The notes under the pieces: model-generated | Database searches by the model: none | The model's input: the letters and a program-made list of their open reading frames with translations, nothing else | What the model was told of the DNA's origin: nothing | Position numbers and translations under genes: made by a program | Assembly: GCF_018350175.1 (NCBI RefSeq) | Contig: NC_058383.1 | Span: 30,940,001 to 31,004,000, forward strand | DNA: 64,000 nucleotides | Source: Felis catus | Taxonomy: Eukaryota | Direction of reading: 5' to 3' | Shown here: positions 36,629 through 50,859 of the stretch, piece by piece | How positions within the stretch are numbered: position 1 is the first letter of the stretch | How the letters are laid out: every line of letters begins with the position of its first letter

Positions 36629-39600
36629 AAAGAGAATCCCTCGAGAATGGAGATGTCAGGAGACCCTCACCTAACCCTGTCTCCCTGCTTTTCCCAAGAG
36701 ATGACCCCCTCCTACATACCACAGACTGCAGCCAGGTACTTAGTATAAACACTAGTCAAGACAAAAATATTACCAGACCATTTGTAATAAGTATTATATA
36801 TGAAATATAAAACATACCATCAGAATAAAGAAGGGATCTAAGGACGCCTTTGTGGGAAAAGAAAGGATCGTTAACCTAAGTCCTGATGCCTCAGGAGGAG
36901 TAAAGAAGGGCCCCCCTTTTTTTCTATTTTTTTTTGATACGTCGTTATATAAAAGGTAAAAGGCATAAAAGGAAATACACAAGATATTACCATTAGTCAA
37001 GGGACAGATTTTCTTTCCATTATTTCTACTTTTCCTTACTTTTTAGTTTCCTGATAATGAACACTGTTCCATTTACCAGCAGGTATAATCACTTGGGCTC
37101 TTTAAAAGAATTAAAATTCTTGGCCTGAAACTAAAGGCAGCCGTGGTACAATCAACATGAAACGTACCGAGCTCCCGATCAAATTCAGAGGCTTCCTTCG
37201 ACTTGCTGTGTGAACCCCCACCCTGTCCACGGTGGCCCCCGTCTCTCAGGTGCCCACCTCTTTCAAACCAGTGCGACATGCACGGTGAGAAGGGCCGGAA
37301 AGATACTGCAAGTCTCATGCAATTAACAACGGGAGAGTAAGTCAGGGCGCCCCTACCCAGAGTCCTTGTGTATAGACCCAAAATTAATGTTTCCCCGTTG
37401 TCTTATCCCTTTTGTATTAAAAAAAAAAAAAAACAAAGGCTTAGGATGGTCTTCTTGTGGCCTTTCACAAACACACACGGTATCGCCAATAATGCGTGTG
37501 TGGATCCTCCACACAGAAATCACGTAAATCCCCCATGAGCCTCCTCGGGCCTAAGAATCCGTTTACCACACAGGAAACAGGAAACTGTGACACAACTACC
37601 CATATCACTGCTAAATACCTGCCAACGTGCCCCCACAAAATAGAGCTTTAAATAAATGCCACTGTCATTTCCAAAGCAAAGCAGGGCTTTCGCTTTGTTG
37701 TTGTTTTGCTTTGTTTTGCAGGGGCAGCCAGAGTGTTGAAACAAATTTTTCCATAAATGCATAAAACATCGACACATCCCAGCTTCAAAGGGTGTTTACC
37801 ACGAGCTGTTCTCTTCTGCCGCCAGAAGAGTGAGTTGACCGTGTCAGACGAAGCTTTCATTTCACTAGGGAAGGAGGCGGGGGGAAGGGGTGGAGACCCA
37901 GGGGAACAGAGGAGACAAAATTCGATGCGCTCATTTCGAGCTGCCATGAAAACCAAGGTTCCCTGCTATTCAGCCAGGCTCTGAAACTCTGAATTTCTGT
38001 ACGAGAGATCCCTACACACAGGCACTGAGACGCACAGCTTTCGTCTTCCACAAACCAGGCCGAGCAGGCTGTTCCGTGAGGACCTCCTTCCAAGTCCAGT
38101 ACAACTAAAAATGGATTCAAGTCTCCCAGAGCCTCCAGACCAAGCGGAGATCATAAAAACGGAAGCAGGAAGCTCAGGCACTGCCTGCTGGAGTTTTTAT
38201 TAGGCTCTGAGGGTGCTTACAGGTCCCACCTGACCATTCCTGATTTTCAGCAGCCACAGAAACTCGCAGGGAATGGGGAGGGAGGGACATTAAGTAGCTA
38301 CCCTTCAAGTCCCTCCTCTACCAAGCAGACCCAGTGATCTTCCCAAAGCAACATCTGATGCTGTCACCTGCTGTTTAAAACCTTCAATGCTTCTGGCTGC
38401 CCTAAAGATAAATAAAACCCAAACAGCTTTGAGATCTGGTGCCGGCTTCTCTCTAACCCCCCCATCGCTTGCCCCCCACCTTTGGCATCTAAAGTCACTC
38501 AGACCCACAGATCTACATCCCATAAACACGCTGAGCTCTAGGAGGACGCCCTGTAGACAGGGAGGAGAAAGGCACATGCAGCAGAGGAAACCTCAGGTGC
38601 AAAGGCCCCGAAGTTGCTGGGGTGGCGTGGGCAGCTGAGACAAGGCGGTTAAGGGCTCAGATGCCGGTGCAAGATAGGCCTGCGCTTGATCACTTACAGT
38701 CAGCTCTAGGGCACATCACTTAACGACGAGGAGCCTAAAGCCATTCACCTACGAAATGAGGGTTCAAAACCATACCCACTGCATGGGGCCACGGAGCTGC
38801 TGCCTTGAGCGGGTGCACTGTGTCTGGGCATGGTGAGCGCTCAGTGAGGGAGAGCCGGCCTTCCAGGATGGGTGATGGCATGGAAGGGAAATCAAGGAAA
38901 AGGATGCCTGCTGAAGCTGGAAGCAAGGGGCCACGCGTGCTCTACCAAGGGGCTCAGATGTGGAGACAGACTCCTCGTCCCCCACTGAGGCGATGTCACC
39001 AACAGAATTGCTAACCACGTGTCAGGCCCTGTTCCACGTGTGGTGGGGGGAGGCAGGTATGTCATGGGGTTCACACCCTCCAGGTCAAACAAACTTAGAG
39101 CTCAGGGAGAGAGAAAGACTGGGGAAGAGGACAGGGTGTCAGGGAAGGCCTCCCCCAGAGAGAACAAAGATGGGAGGTAGAAAGATTCAAGAAGTGTTAA
39201 GTCATGGGCGATCTGGCAACATCTATCCAACTTTTACATCACTCACCTGTGACCTGGCAAATCTCTGTTGGGGAGTTATCTGGTGACTCTACTTGCCCCT
39301 GTGCCCAAAGCACCAGTTTAACTCCAAACAGCTGGAACCCACCTAAATGCTCAACCACATGGCTTGGTAGACTTCACCAGGCTCACCTCCTATCTCCCAC
39401 CTCCAGCCCCTGGGCAGACATCACTAGCTGCTTGCTGCACTCCTTCCTCAAGAAAACACTCAGGCAGCCATTACCAACCGATCAGCATCTGGGTCCGTGG
39501 GAGACCCCTGCTTGGTATCCCTGGCCTAAGGGATGCGGGAAAGTGCCATCAGGAAGGTGACATTTGAGTCGGGCTTTGGAAGACGATGCCTTTGGAACGT

Positions 39601-40406
39601 CAGGGGACTGAGCAATCCATTCCAGCTGGAGCATCAGAGAAGATGATTTCCAAAAACAAAGAGGCTGTGAAAAAGCCTTTAAGTCTGTGAAAATCCCAGG
39701 AATTATCATAATTACCTGCCAAATCATGAAAGAATTATAAATTTTTTTAAAAAATGCCTCTGGCATTTCCTTTGATATCAGAATGTTCTATCTAATCACA
39801 TTCAGAGCAAATCATGCTTCTCCCTCCCTCAGCCACCTGATTAGACACATCCCTGATGAACGACACCAAGACACCCCCCAAATTTTAATAGCAACTGAGG
39901 CTGTTCTGGTCACACACCCCCAAGGATCCAAAAACATTCACTGAGAGGTCTCAGTGTCCTAAGTTTTATCAAACGCACAAGCTCTTCTTTGGTCCCATGT
40001 ACACAGGCTGCAGGCAGGGTTCGAGAACCTCTCTCTGGGATGAGGACACTGCACCTGCTCAGTGAGGACCAAGCCCTGGCCAGCGCCCACCTGTCTGCAT
40101 CGGCTTTTGAGCACCAACTGCATGCCACGCCTCTTCCAGGCAGTTACATCCTTCCTTTCACAGGATCCTCGCTCCGCCCACATGCCTCCTGGAGGCCAGG
40201 CGAGCCTTCCTAAAGATGAGCCTCGGGCTCAGAGAGGCAGGGCTAGGGGACTAAGTGTCAGAGTGAGAGTCGGGAAGCAGCAGGCGGGAAGGCCCCTGTC
40301 TGTGCTCTCTGCACTCCATCCGGAGCTATGGTAGAAAGCTGTGCCCCTCGAGGGTGAAGGAGAGGAGCCTGCCCCACGGGGTAGAGGGAAGCAGGGCAGT
40401 GCGGGC

Positions 40407-40825
40407 CAGAGGCTCCCGAACCAAGTTGATCATTAGCCACTTGGAGGGTGTTTGAAAAATACAGATTTTGAGAGGACGCCTGGGTGGCTCAGTTGGCTGG
40501 GTGGCCAACCTTGGCTCAGGTCATGATCTCACTGTCCATGAGCTGGAGCCCCGCAGTGGGCTCTCTGCTGAAAGCTCAGAGTCTGTAGCCTGCTTCAGAT
40601 TCTGTGTCTCCTTCCCTCTCTGCCCCTCTCCCCATTTGCATTCTGTCTGTCTGTCTCTCTCCCTCTCAAAAAAATAAATAAATAAAAAACATTAAAAAAG
40701 AGAAAAATACAGATTTGGGGGCCTCACCCTCAGAAATTTTCACTCACTGGGAGTAGGAAATCCAACCAAGTACTTTTTGAAGGCTCCACCGGCCATCATG
40801 ATCACTCAGTTCTGGGAGCTGCCTT
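40407..40825. mobile_element. MER5A-like hAT element interrupted by a SINE
   Basis: cacttggagggtgtttgaaaaatacagattt[SINE]gggggcctcaccctcagaaattttcactcactgg. Confidence 0.5.
40471..40701 (+). mobile_element. Can-SINE
   Basis: gaggacgcctgggtggctcag head; TSD gaaaaatacagattt at 40454-40468 and 40702-40716. Confidence 0.92.
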
Positions 40826-41411
40826 CAAAGTCACACACAGAGTATCAACTGCAGTTGGGCTGGTCCTGACTTGCAGAAAACCTAGCTTTTCAGCTCCTAT
40901 TTGCAAAACAGCGGTGTCACGGAAGCGTCTCCACTTGTCGGCTGTCCACTTCCAACTCCTCGTGGGGGTGAACCAGGCCACGAGCCAGAGAACAACTACC
41001 CCAGGGCGCTAATAGCAGCAACTGGCTCACGCAGTGTGGCGGGCGGAACGCTCGGAAACGGCGCAGTGAGCCTGCAGCAGGTGCTACCCAGAGGGGTCCG
41101 TGAACCGGGGCCGAGATGTGGAAGGCGGACCGTGGGCTACCAGAGTGGGACTAGGTAAGAACAGAAGTTCACAGTAAAGAGCTAAAAATATTTGACACAA
41201 TTTCATATTGCAATGCAATCCAGGAATTCCATAGATTTTCTAGGTTTTTTTTTGGGGGGGGGTGTACATAGGTGTCAGTCTGCAAAGAATTGGAAGTTCA
41301 AGAAAAAACCCCAGTTGTGCCTTGCATTAATAATTATCAGAAACAATGATGAGTTAATGATGAAAAATGAAGCCCAACTATGATCGTTTTTAGATGAGAT
41401 TTGAATTCTTT

Positions 41412-41427
41412 AAAAAGAAAGAAAGAA

Positions 41428-41491
<64 letters not shown>

Positions 41492-41582
41492 AAAAGAAAA
41501 AGAAAAAGAAAAAGAAAAAGAAAAAGAAAAAGAAAAAGAAAAAGAAAAAGAAAAAGAAAAAGAAAAAGAAAAAGAAAAAGAA
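41412..41582. repeat. Compound microsatellite (GAAA)15(GAAAAA)15 in a pure-purine tract
   Basis: G every 4 nt from 41430 to 41490, then every 6 nt to 41580. Confidence 0.97.
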
Positions 41583-41592
41583 TGAATGAACT

Positions 41593-41794
41593 GGGGCGCC
41601 TGGGTAGCTCAGCTGGTTAAGCATCTGACTCTTGATTTCAGCCGAGGTCACGATCTCGCGGTTCTGTGAGTTTGAGCCCTGCATCAGGCTCCGGGTGCTG
41701 ACTGTGAGGAACCTGCTTGGGATTCTCACTCTCTGTCTCTCTGCCCTTCCCCTGCTCGCACGGCCTCTCTCAAAATAAGTAAACTTTAAAAAAA
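41593..41794 (+). mobile_element. Can-SINE
   Basis: ggggcgcctgggtagctcagctggttaagcatctgactcttgatttcag...ctctcaaaataagtaaac. Confidence 0.92.
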
Positions 41795-41844
41795 CAGAGA
41801 CAGAACCAACGCTATCAACTGTCAGTCTATCGGATGGATACGTG

Positions 41845-42013
41845 TTTTCTTTTTTAATTTTATTTTGCAGCAAGAGGGAAAGGGGGAGAATTTCAAGCAT
41901 GCTCCCTGCCCACCTCGGAGCCTGATGTGCAGCCCAATCCCACAATCCTGGGATCACGACCCGGATGGAAATCAAGAGTCGCACGGTCAACCGAATGATC
42001 CACTCAGGTGCCT
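41845..42013 (-). mobile_element. Older, diverged Can-SINE
   Basis: tttttaattttattttg...cctgggatcacgacc...gaaatcaagagtcgcacggtcaaccgaatgatccactcaggtgcctc. Confidence 0.8.
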
Positions 42014-44699
42014 CTGTGTTGTTTTCTTGTACAGTGTCAGTCTGGGCTTGAAAACTAAACAAATTTAGGAAAGTTAACTAAAATAATGAGTATGCAGACC
42101 CAGCCCAGGACACAGGTCTCAGAAGTTCTGGGGAAAGTATAGCTGCCATCACTTTCTTTGACCCCCATGTGTCGAACTTTTCCTACAGTTGCCTGATCAT
42201 GCCCATTCTCCAGGGGAGGAAGGTGGGGCTCAGGAACTAAGGAACAAACTGTCTCAGGTCACAGAGTTCACGAGTGACAGCTGAGACGAACCCAGTCATC
42301 CCGGCTCCACAGCCCACAGTCTTTCCATCACATGGCCCTTCAGGCGACAGATAAATTAGCCAGCAAGAGCAATACTGTGACTGTGTGGGGACAGAGGAAG
42401 CCCGGGCTGAGAAAGGCTGACAGCCCCGTGTAAGGGCACAGGGCTTATTCCTACCAGGGCCACGACTCTAGACCCGGTCTCCTCCTCCTCTGCCGGGGCC
42501 ATGAGACTCCCAAGGTGAGAAATGAGGGGGCATTTTGGACAGCGACCGTGGGGAAGGTGCGTCAGGCTCACAGGGCAATTCCTCGGCACAACAGCTGCTC
42601 TAGCAAGGCTTTAGGAAGCACCTCATCGATGCCATGGCTCCCTGGGAGGTGATGCTTTCACTTGGAGTTTCATAGCTAAGGAACCTGAGGCACAGAGAGG
42701 ATAATCAACACCTTGCCCATGACCACACAGCAAGCCGGCTGCGTCAGAACCAAGATTCAAAGTTCTGAGTCCTCCTTTTGGACTCTCCCCCCTGCCTCTC
42801 CCTCCACCATCACCAGGATGCTCGCGCATTCTCAGCAGCACGGGCCGCCAGGAGTGATGGACCCGGACCCAGGACGAGAGCACCAGCACACTCACACCCC
42901 CCAGGGACAAGGTGCCGTCACACATGCACACCCCCCCCCCCCGAAGAACAAGCACCACCAGACACACACCCTCCAGGAAAAGGCACCATCAGCTCTACAG
43001 GGCACACTGTCACCAGCATGGAGACCTCCTCCCACTGCCCTCGGAGCCTCCAGACACCCAGCCTCGGACTATTTTACAGACACCCACCCCGAGAGACCCT
43101 GGCAGTAAGGGAAAGAGCACCCAGAAGGAGTCAGAACCCCTGCTAAGGCAGACCCTCCTGGGGAACTCAGGGTCCAAGGGAGAAACTCAGAGAAGATTCC
43201 GGGAGCACCCCAGCACCAGGGCAAGCCTTCTGCAAAGTGTTTGTTGCTTCATGTGAAGACGTTTTGGAAACTAGTTTCCAAGTGACGTCACATGAAGACA
43301 CTCTGAGGGGCTGTCAGATATTACTGCGGGAGGTTCAAAATCAGGATGGAGTACAGAAAAATAACGGGCGTAGAGGTCAAACCCAGGCTCTGTCTACTCA
43401 CTGCTGTGACCGCGAGTAAATAATTTCACATCTCTGATTCTTGCTATGTTCTTTGTCAACTGAGGACTCTGTCCCTTACTGTACAGGTTTGTCATGGGAA
43501 ACAGAGAAAGAGAATTCGGCCGCTGCCCAGTGCCGGCCCCAGGGAACGAGCCCTAAGTGATCACAACAAGTACTTTCTGGGGTCAGGCAGTGTTGCGGGG
43601 CTTCATACATTAGCATATACAACCCGCCTGGGAAGTGTAGCTCTGCGCCCATTTTACAGACGAGGAAGCCAAGGTTCAGAAAGGGCAAGCGATTGTCTGC
43701 AAGAAGGGGTGCGTGAGTCCAGGGCTCACAGTCCTGGGTCTCCTATCTTCCCAGTCTCTCCAGCTTCCTCCTTCCTTTGCTCCTTTCGCTTTGCTCCTGC
43801 TGGTGGGAAGGGGGTGCTGAGCCCAGGAGCCGTCCACGCCCTCCCTTCTCGGCGAGGCAGCAGCTCTGCTACCTTGACACTGGGCCTCCTCGACAGCACA
43901 TCATGAAGCTGTCAAGTGACACCCTCGGCCAAAGCCTGTGAGGCAGACCCACCTCCAGGTGCCACCGAGATAGGACCGTGTGGGCTCCGTCTGCAAAGTC
44001 ACTGAGATAAGTAGTGACTGGGGAGGAAACCCTAGTGGTTAGTTCAGTTTGAAAGAGCTTGTCTTCACCTCCTCTGTAGCGAGCCCCACCGTGCCCGCAG
44101 CGCCAAGCTTGCGAGAAATAATACTTGGAAACATCTGGCTGGGATTACGATTTCATGGGGGGGGGGAGGGGAAGAAACACCCAGAACTAACAACAGCTCA
44201 ATGAATACCAGGATGTCGCTGAGAAACACATGTTCAGGTAGCTGTGACAGGTCCGCCACAGAGCTGCTGGGTCCCAGTCCCTAACACGTGGGTCCTCACT
44301 TCTCTTGACGCACGACCTTTCCGAGAAAACACAGAGGCAAGCCGCAGAGAAAGGTCACACGGAGCAGCAGCTGCGCACAGCCCAGATAACACCTTTTCTT
44401 CCCTGCCTTTGCTCATGGCCCTTCCAGAGCAAAGGCAGAATATTGAGAAACCGCGGTAATAAAGGAGCAGCCGACACCTTCGCAGCGGTTGCTTGAGACA
44501 AATGAGGAGGAAGAGCAAAGCCCGACAAAACCATGAAAGATGCGCTCACCCAGGAACAGCACAGACGCGCCATGCGGCCGCGAAGCTTTGAGACAGGTGC
44601 CGCCATCCGTCCCCCGTCCTGCTGGAGCATCAGCACAGAGGCTGGCCGGCAGGGTGTTCAGGGCGTGCTGCACCCAGAACCAGGAGACCTTTCCCCCCT

Positions 44700-44880
44700 C
44701 CTGGCAGAGGCTTCAGGCAAGTCACTTTTCCCTCTCTGGGCCTCAGTTTCTCATCCATAAGATGAGGTTGATAACAGTGTAAATGTCACAGGTCTTCTGT
44801 GACATTTTAAAGGACTTAACACATGAGGAGTGATCAGCCTGGAGCTTGGCGTGCACCAAGTACTCCATACTGTTAGCTGC
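44700..44880 (+). mobile_element. MIR
   Basis: ggcaagtcacttttccctctctgggcctcagtttctcatccataagatgagg...gtactccatactgttagctg. Confidence 0.7.
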
Positions 44881-47800
44881 TGCTTGCTATTAACCAGGTG
44901 CTACCAAAAGCAGCCAGTGCCAAAGGCCCTGCACGATCTACAGCTTGAACCCTCTCTGGATGCGTTTCCTCTCTTCCAGCCAGTCCCCCAAGCCCTGGGT
45001 CAGAAGCAGCCTCATATCCCACCTGGACAAACAGGGCAACCCCTGCTGCCTGACTTGTTCTCTGCCCTGCGCGCGAGCTGATGCTCAAATAGTCCCCATA
45101 AAACCCAAACCAGACCACGCTCCTCTCTGCCTGACACCTGTCAATGAGGTGGACGAATACGACGAAAAGATGCCTGCAATTCACCTCAAGATCATACGGA
45201 GGGGGTGGTCAAGGAGGGTCGGCAGGCAGCAGGACTGGCCAAAGAGAAGGTGGCGGGTGGGCAGGCAACGGGCATGGGGAGATATGTTATACCATTTTGT
45301 CTGCATTGAAATTTCTCCAGAACCCCAAATTTTATAGTAACCTTCAACAGCATCCCATTAATTTCCTTGGCATAGCATATAGCCAATAGAAGAGCAGAGA
45401 CGTGGGAAGGGGAGGGGAGAAAACATCTCAAGGGAAAGATGGCCACTGACCAAATGAGACTACATGCTCCCCCTCCAACAATCCTATCTACTCTTCAAAC
45501 CTTGACTCAAATCTCTGTTGATCTCCTTCCCCCACTCTTCTGATCCATTCATCCACTGTCTCCATAAATGATTCATCAACAGCAGCAAAAGCGGCTACTG
45601 TTTTCCTAACACTTAATACAGATGAAGCACCTGCAGGGGTACAGATAAAGGATCTTTTGCAGAGGTAAGAAAAAGGTGTGCATTCTGAGTAGCTACAGTC
45701 TCATGAAGCCTAAGCTCGGTGAGCGTGGTATGGGCTACATATAGCTCCTACTGGTCCCCGAACACATGCCCTTGTGCAGTATACAACCTGTACAACTGTA
45801 CACAATGGCCTGAGACATTCTGCCAGCTGCCACTGTTGCTCCCATTTCACAGGGGAGGAAAACGAGGTCCAAAGGGGCTAGAACGCTTCCCCATAAGCAC
45901 AAAGTAGTTACTGCAATAGCTAACACCCAGATCCACACACTCTGTTACACAAAACCCCCCCAGAAGGAGGTGTAGCAATGGTGTGACCAGTCTTCATGCA
46001 CCCAGCAGACAACGCTGTCTCCCACGCAATTCACAGTGTCTGCATGGAGCGCAGATCTCCGTCTCCATACATCTGACTTGGGATCACTGCCAAGTGACCC
46101 AGAAACTCCCAGGGCTTATTTTTGCGGGATTAGGGGAGGGTCAGTGGTAGAGAAGAGGACAAAGTCTCCTTTCTGGTAACACAGGAGATAATGCAGTTCA
46201 CCTGGCATCACACAACGGGTGCAATTATAACCCATTACAAGTACATAACCCTGGGGAAATGGATCCAGAATTACGTTGAACAGCTTTGCTGGCCTCCTCT
46301 TTCAAAACTACCGCTGTCACAGGCCAGCTCACAGAGGCCGACTGCGGATTCCCAAGGACCCCACAAGTTGGAAGGCAGCTCCACGGTGGCCTCATCCACC
46401 TCCGAGCACAGAACACCTTGTCCAGCCTGCAGGCCAGGCACGACAGGCAGTGGAGGAGGAAGACGAAGGGGGCGCGGGGTGGGGCGGGGGGTTCCTTCCT
46501 CACTAAGAGCCAACAGGTCCTCGGCACGTACTCTGGGCCAGACCTGGTTCTTAGCATCACCCACTCATTAGCTCACACGCGGCCAACCTGTGAGGCCAGG
46601 CCACAGCATATTCCCTTCTTTGGAAACGCCTGAAAATGCGCACACTCATCCCTTCCACAAGTTTCTCCGGACCGTCTACCGCCCACGAGGCCCTGTTTTC
46701 AGTACTGTGGACAGCAGCCAACACGAGAGAGAAAGCCCTGCCCTGGTGGTTTCTGTGTTCTAGCTCCGTCTCCAGGGAAGAGACGAGGAAACCGAGGCTG
46801 ACAGAGGTTAAGTCCTAGTCAAGACGGATCCGCAGAGAGCTTGGAATCCAAACCCGGAGCTCATGCTCCCAGCTACCGCGGTTACAATCTCTTGCGGCTC
46901 TGGGGTTGTTATTTTATACAGCTATTATTCCTGAGGCCAGATGCGCCTCCCCCCACACTTCTAGAATTACTTCTTCATTTGCTCATTTAGCCACTCGCAC
47001 TGTCCTGGGTGCCCCCATCAGCGGTGACCCTCAGGGACCCCCGGTCTCCACAGGATTCAGCCTCTGACAGTCCCCACACCGTGTGGCCTGTGGTGCGGCA
47101 GGAACATGGAGGAGACGCCCCTGGGGGCCTGGTGAGGGGTCCGCAAGTTACATCACATGGAAGCTTGCAGGACAGGAGGCATGTGGAACAAGATGAGACC
47201 CAGGCCCCCATCCCCAAGCCCCTGCTCTGAGCTCTGCCTGCTCAGCTGTGAGGTGGGGATCTGTCACAGGGAAGAGCCTTCAGGGCACCCAGGCCAGCAC
47301 ACAGTAGGGCCTCAGCACAGGACAGCTGCTGCTTGCTCCGCAGAACTAGCTGCCAGACCCAGGAAGTTCTACAATATCACGGATCTAACACTTGCTCCCC
47401 ATTCCAGAGGTTTCTTCAAAAAATATTTCACCCTGGAGTGTTGCTTTAACATTTATTGTGCAGGGTGCTGGAAAGCACAGAATTTCATATAAAGATGTAA
47501 ATTCTGAAATTATATGGCTCTTTGTCATATTCCAATGTCTTCGAGAAATAAGGGGAGTCCAGCCTGCATTCTTAATCATGTTCCTTCAGAAGGACTACAG
47601 AGACCTCCTGAATATTTCAAACACGGCTCTATGTATTATGCCCAAGTTTCAAAACAAAGACAGTAAATGGAAAACATTAAATTTTATGAGCTTCAGAAAA
47701 AAGTCTTTCTCCCTGGAGAGTCCCCTTCTCATACCACATGGCACTCGCCTCGAGCTGAGAGAGGCCCCCTTCAGGTAATGACCGCCCAGTTTCTCCCTGC

Positions 47801-47884
47801 ACGGAGAAACCAAGTCACTACCCATGGGTGAGCTGGGGCCATGAACACCTGTACAGAAGGAAGGGCATGCTCAAGTTTCAGCAG

Positions 47885-48105
47885 GCAGTGTAGGGTAGTG
47901 GTCTGGACGATGAACTTGGACCTGGAAGACCAGGGTTCAAACCCTTATCTGCCAGTGACTTGCTGGGTGACCTTGGACAAATCATTCAGCCTCTCTGGGT
48001 CTCAGCTTCTGTATCTATAAGATGGTGGCAACAGAATCATGTAAAGTCATAGGGTTGCTATTAGGATTCAAAGAGTCCAGACACAATGAGGGCTCAATAA
48101 ACAAC
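47885..48105 (+). mobile_element. MIR, near full length
   Basis: gcagtgtagggtagtgg...cagggttcaaaccct...tgctgggtgaccttggacaaatcattcagcctctctgggtctcagcttctgtatctataagatgg...gctcaataaa. Confidence 0.8.
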
Positions 48106-48999
48106 GGGGCAATTAGGATTCAGATTCTCACAGCCTCTGGTCACACACGAAAATGTGTGCACCTGTAAGATTTCTTTATGCGCCAAGGTCCTCACAATGG
48201 AAAGACAAGACAGAATGGTTTAGAAAGCAAACAAACCAACAACATGGAGTTTCAAGGCAGACAGACTGGGTTTGACTCCACGGCCACACTCGGCCAGGTG
48301 TGTCCCATGAACAGGAGATGCTACTTCCTTACAGTTCTGAACATTTCTAAATCTCACTGTGGACACCATACCCTCTTCCCTCCAATGGGTGCTCGTGATG
48401 TAGCCAAGATCCTGTGTACTTTGAAATACCGAGAATATGGCCGGCCGGCAGCAGGCGCTCAGCAAACATCAGTTACCTTTCCCCCTTCTGCAGAGGCCCA
48501 CAGGGGATGAAGCTTTTTTCTCTGGGTTCCTTAAGCCCATGACATATTTAGTGAAGATAAATGCAACAGTAACACAGTCCTTCTCCACAACTGACCCCAA
48601 CAGAGGGCCTCAAACGTGACTTGTCCGGGTCTTCTATCACTTGAGCAACTGGTGACCAGGCAAAATCATGCCCCCTTCCCCAGAATGTGGTAGAAGCAAA
48701 AGGCAGTTCACCTGCTCAACACCGAGTACCAAGGTGCAAGGGTGGGAGTGAGGCCTAAATCTCTCTCGCTACCGGCAGAAAGCACTGGTCTGCAGGCGCC
48801 TGAAGGCCCGAGCCCACGGCCGCTCTAGCCCCGAGGTGGCAATGACCGACCGAGAAGTCGTTGTGGCAGGGAGACCAGCGCTCACCTTCCCGCCCCAGGC
48901 TCAGCTGGGCACGGGCGCCTGGCTACTCTGGCTAATGGGCTCCAGGCAGAAGTCACACAGGTCCCTTCTGAGTCTCAGCCAAGGGCTGCTGCTCTGTGC

Positions 49000-49235
49000 C
49001 ACTGCCACGCTAAGTGAGGAGGCCACAGTCTCCACCCGGTGTGGTCGCACAACAGGAGAGCCTCCGGCGGCCCAGGTTCCTGAGTGAGTTCATGGGGCAG
49101 AACACTCCTACCCTTGGCCGTGGACAGCTCGTGCTGGACATCGGTGTCAACGGAAGTGCGCTTTTATTACATTAAACCCCTGAGACTGGGGAGTGCTCAT
49201 TACTGCAGCAGAACCAGGCCTATCCTAACACAATC
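49000..49235 (+). mobile_element. MLT1J-like LTR 3' fragment
   Basis: cttttattacattaaacccctgagactggggagtgctcattactgcagcagaaccaggcctatcctaac. Confidence 0.55.
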
Positions 49236-49559
49236 CTTCCAGGTCACAAGCTTGGATGTCCCGGACTTGTGGGCCTGCAAGTCTGCAGAAGGGCACAAAG
49301 CCCGGAGAAGCATGTGAGAGGCTGCCTTACAACAAACACCCATGGGAAGTAGGGATCACGTTCCCCCCCTCATGGCCGAGGAAGCTAGATGGGACAGGTT
49401 ACATCAACCTCTCCATTCCACACGTGTGCAAACATCTCCTCAGATGTGTGCAAGCTTTCTGCTTCACAGACGGAGATTCTGAAAACCTCTTTCGATGCCC
49501 CCGGCCAGGCGTGTGGTTTTAAACACCATCTGTACACGGAGGACCAATCACTGTAAATC

Positions 49560-50475
49560 TTCGGGGGAAGCCCGGATGCCCATATCCCACGGCCCGCCCA
49601 TTTCCTTCAAAGTAAACGGCCTGAGAACCAAACCTGACTTTCCTCCCCTTGCAGATGTCCCCGTCAGACCGGATGACGATTCACTGCCTTCCATTTGCGT
49701 GGGCCAGAAACTCTGGAATCCTCCTAGGCTCCTCCTTCTCTTGTGGCCCATATGCAACCCAGAGCAAACTCAGACAGTTCTCCTTCCAAACCAAGTCTAG
49801 AACCGGCCGCCCTCCCTCTCACCGCTTCCCACCAGCACGCTGGTCCAAGTCACCACGCTGTCTCACCGGGACTCCTGCAAGAGTCCCTAGGTGGTCTCAC
49901 CGCCCTCTGCCCTGCCCACCGTCCCCCTGCTTTCAACAGAGTGGCCAGTGCACCCGCACTGTCACTGCTCAAAATTCACCAGCAGCTCCCACATCACTCA
50001 GAGCTAAAGGCATGTCCCAACAAGGGCCTAGGAGGCCTGACCTGACCAGGCCCTTCCATCTCTGCCCTTGTCTCCTACCACGGCCCCGACACCGTTTCCG
50101 GCCTTATGGGCCTCGTTTCTGTTCTTTAAACACAAGGGCCTTTGCATAGGACTTTCCTCCCCCAGATACTTAACCACCTGGCTCATTGTCTCTTCCACCC
50201 GTGGACCTTTATTCCTGGCTTATCTCAGTATGACCTCGAATGTCCACACTGTACAAACTATTTCCCCTTACCCCCATCACTCCCCACCCCCGGTCTGATT
50301 CCGGTACAAGCCTGCCTATCAGCCGATTACGCATCTTCATGGTCACTTCATCCGCACAAGAAGGAGGCAACAGGAGGGCAGGGATTCTGGTGGTGTTCAT
50401 TGCCATACCCCCAGGGCCCCAAACAGTGCCTGGCACACAGCAAGTGCTCCACAAGTGTGTGGAACACGTGGAGAG
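49560..50475 (+). mobile_element. L2a LINE 3' fragment
   Basis: ctggtccaagtcaccac...cactgctcaaaattcaccagcagctccc...agggcctttgcat...aaacagtgcctggcacacagcaagtgctc. Confidence 0.7.
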
Positions 50476-50554
50476 AGAGGAATATAAATCACTTCCAAGC
50501 ATTTTTTAGATGTGAGCAATGTTAAATGTTTAAGTGTTAGAAAAGCAAATACTA

Positions 50555-50780
50555 GGGGCACCTGGGTGGCTCAGTTGGCTGAGCATCCGACTCTTGTTTT
50601 TGGCTCAGGTATTGATCTCAGGGCTCACGGGATGGAGCCTGGCACCCGGCTCTGCACTCGCGGTGTGAAACCTGCTTGGGATTGTCTCTTTCCCTCTCTC
50701 TCTGCCCCTCCCCTGCTGGCACACACACTCTCTCTCTCTCTTTCAACATAAACATTTTTTTTTAAAGGGAAGAAAAGAAA
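50555..50780 (+). mobile_element. Can-SINE
   Basis: ggggcacctgggtggctcagttggctgagcatccgactcttg... Confidence 0.92.
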
Positions 50781-50859
50781 GGTGAATATGAGGCACCCCC
50801 ACAGTTCCTTCCACAAAGAATGATCTGCACCCACCACCGCCAGCTGCAACGCAAGTTAG

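Noticed and set aside
41337..42062. 241-aa poly-Phe ORF and the poly-Lys/Glu ORFs
   Set aside because: Translations of the (GAAA)/(GAAAAA) microsatellite and adjacent SINEs.
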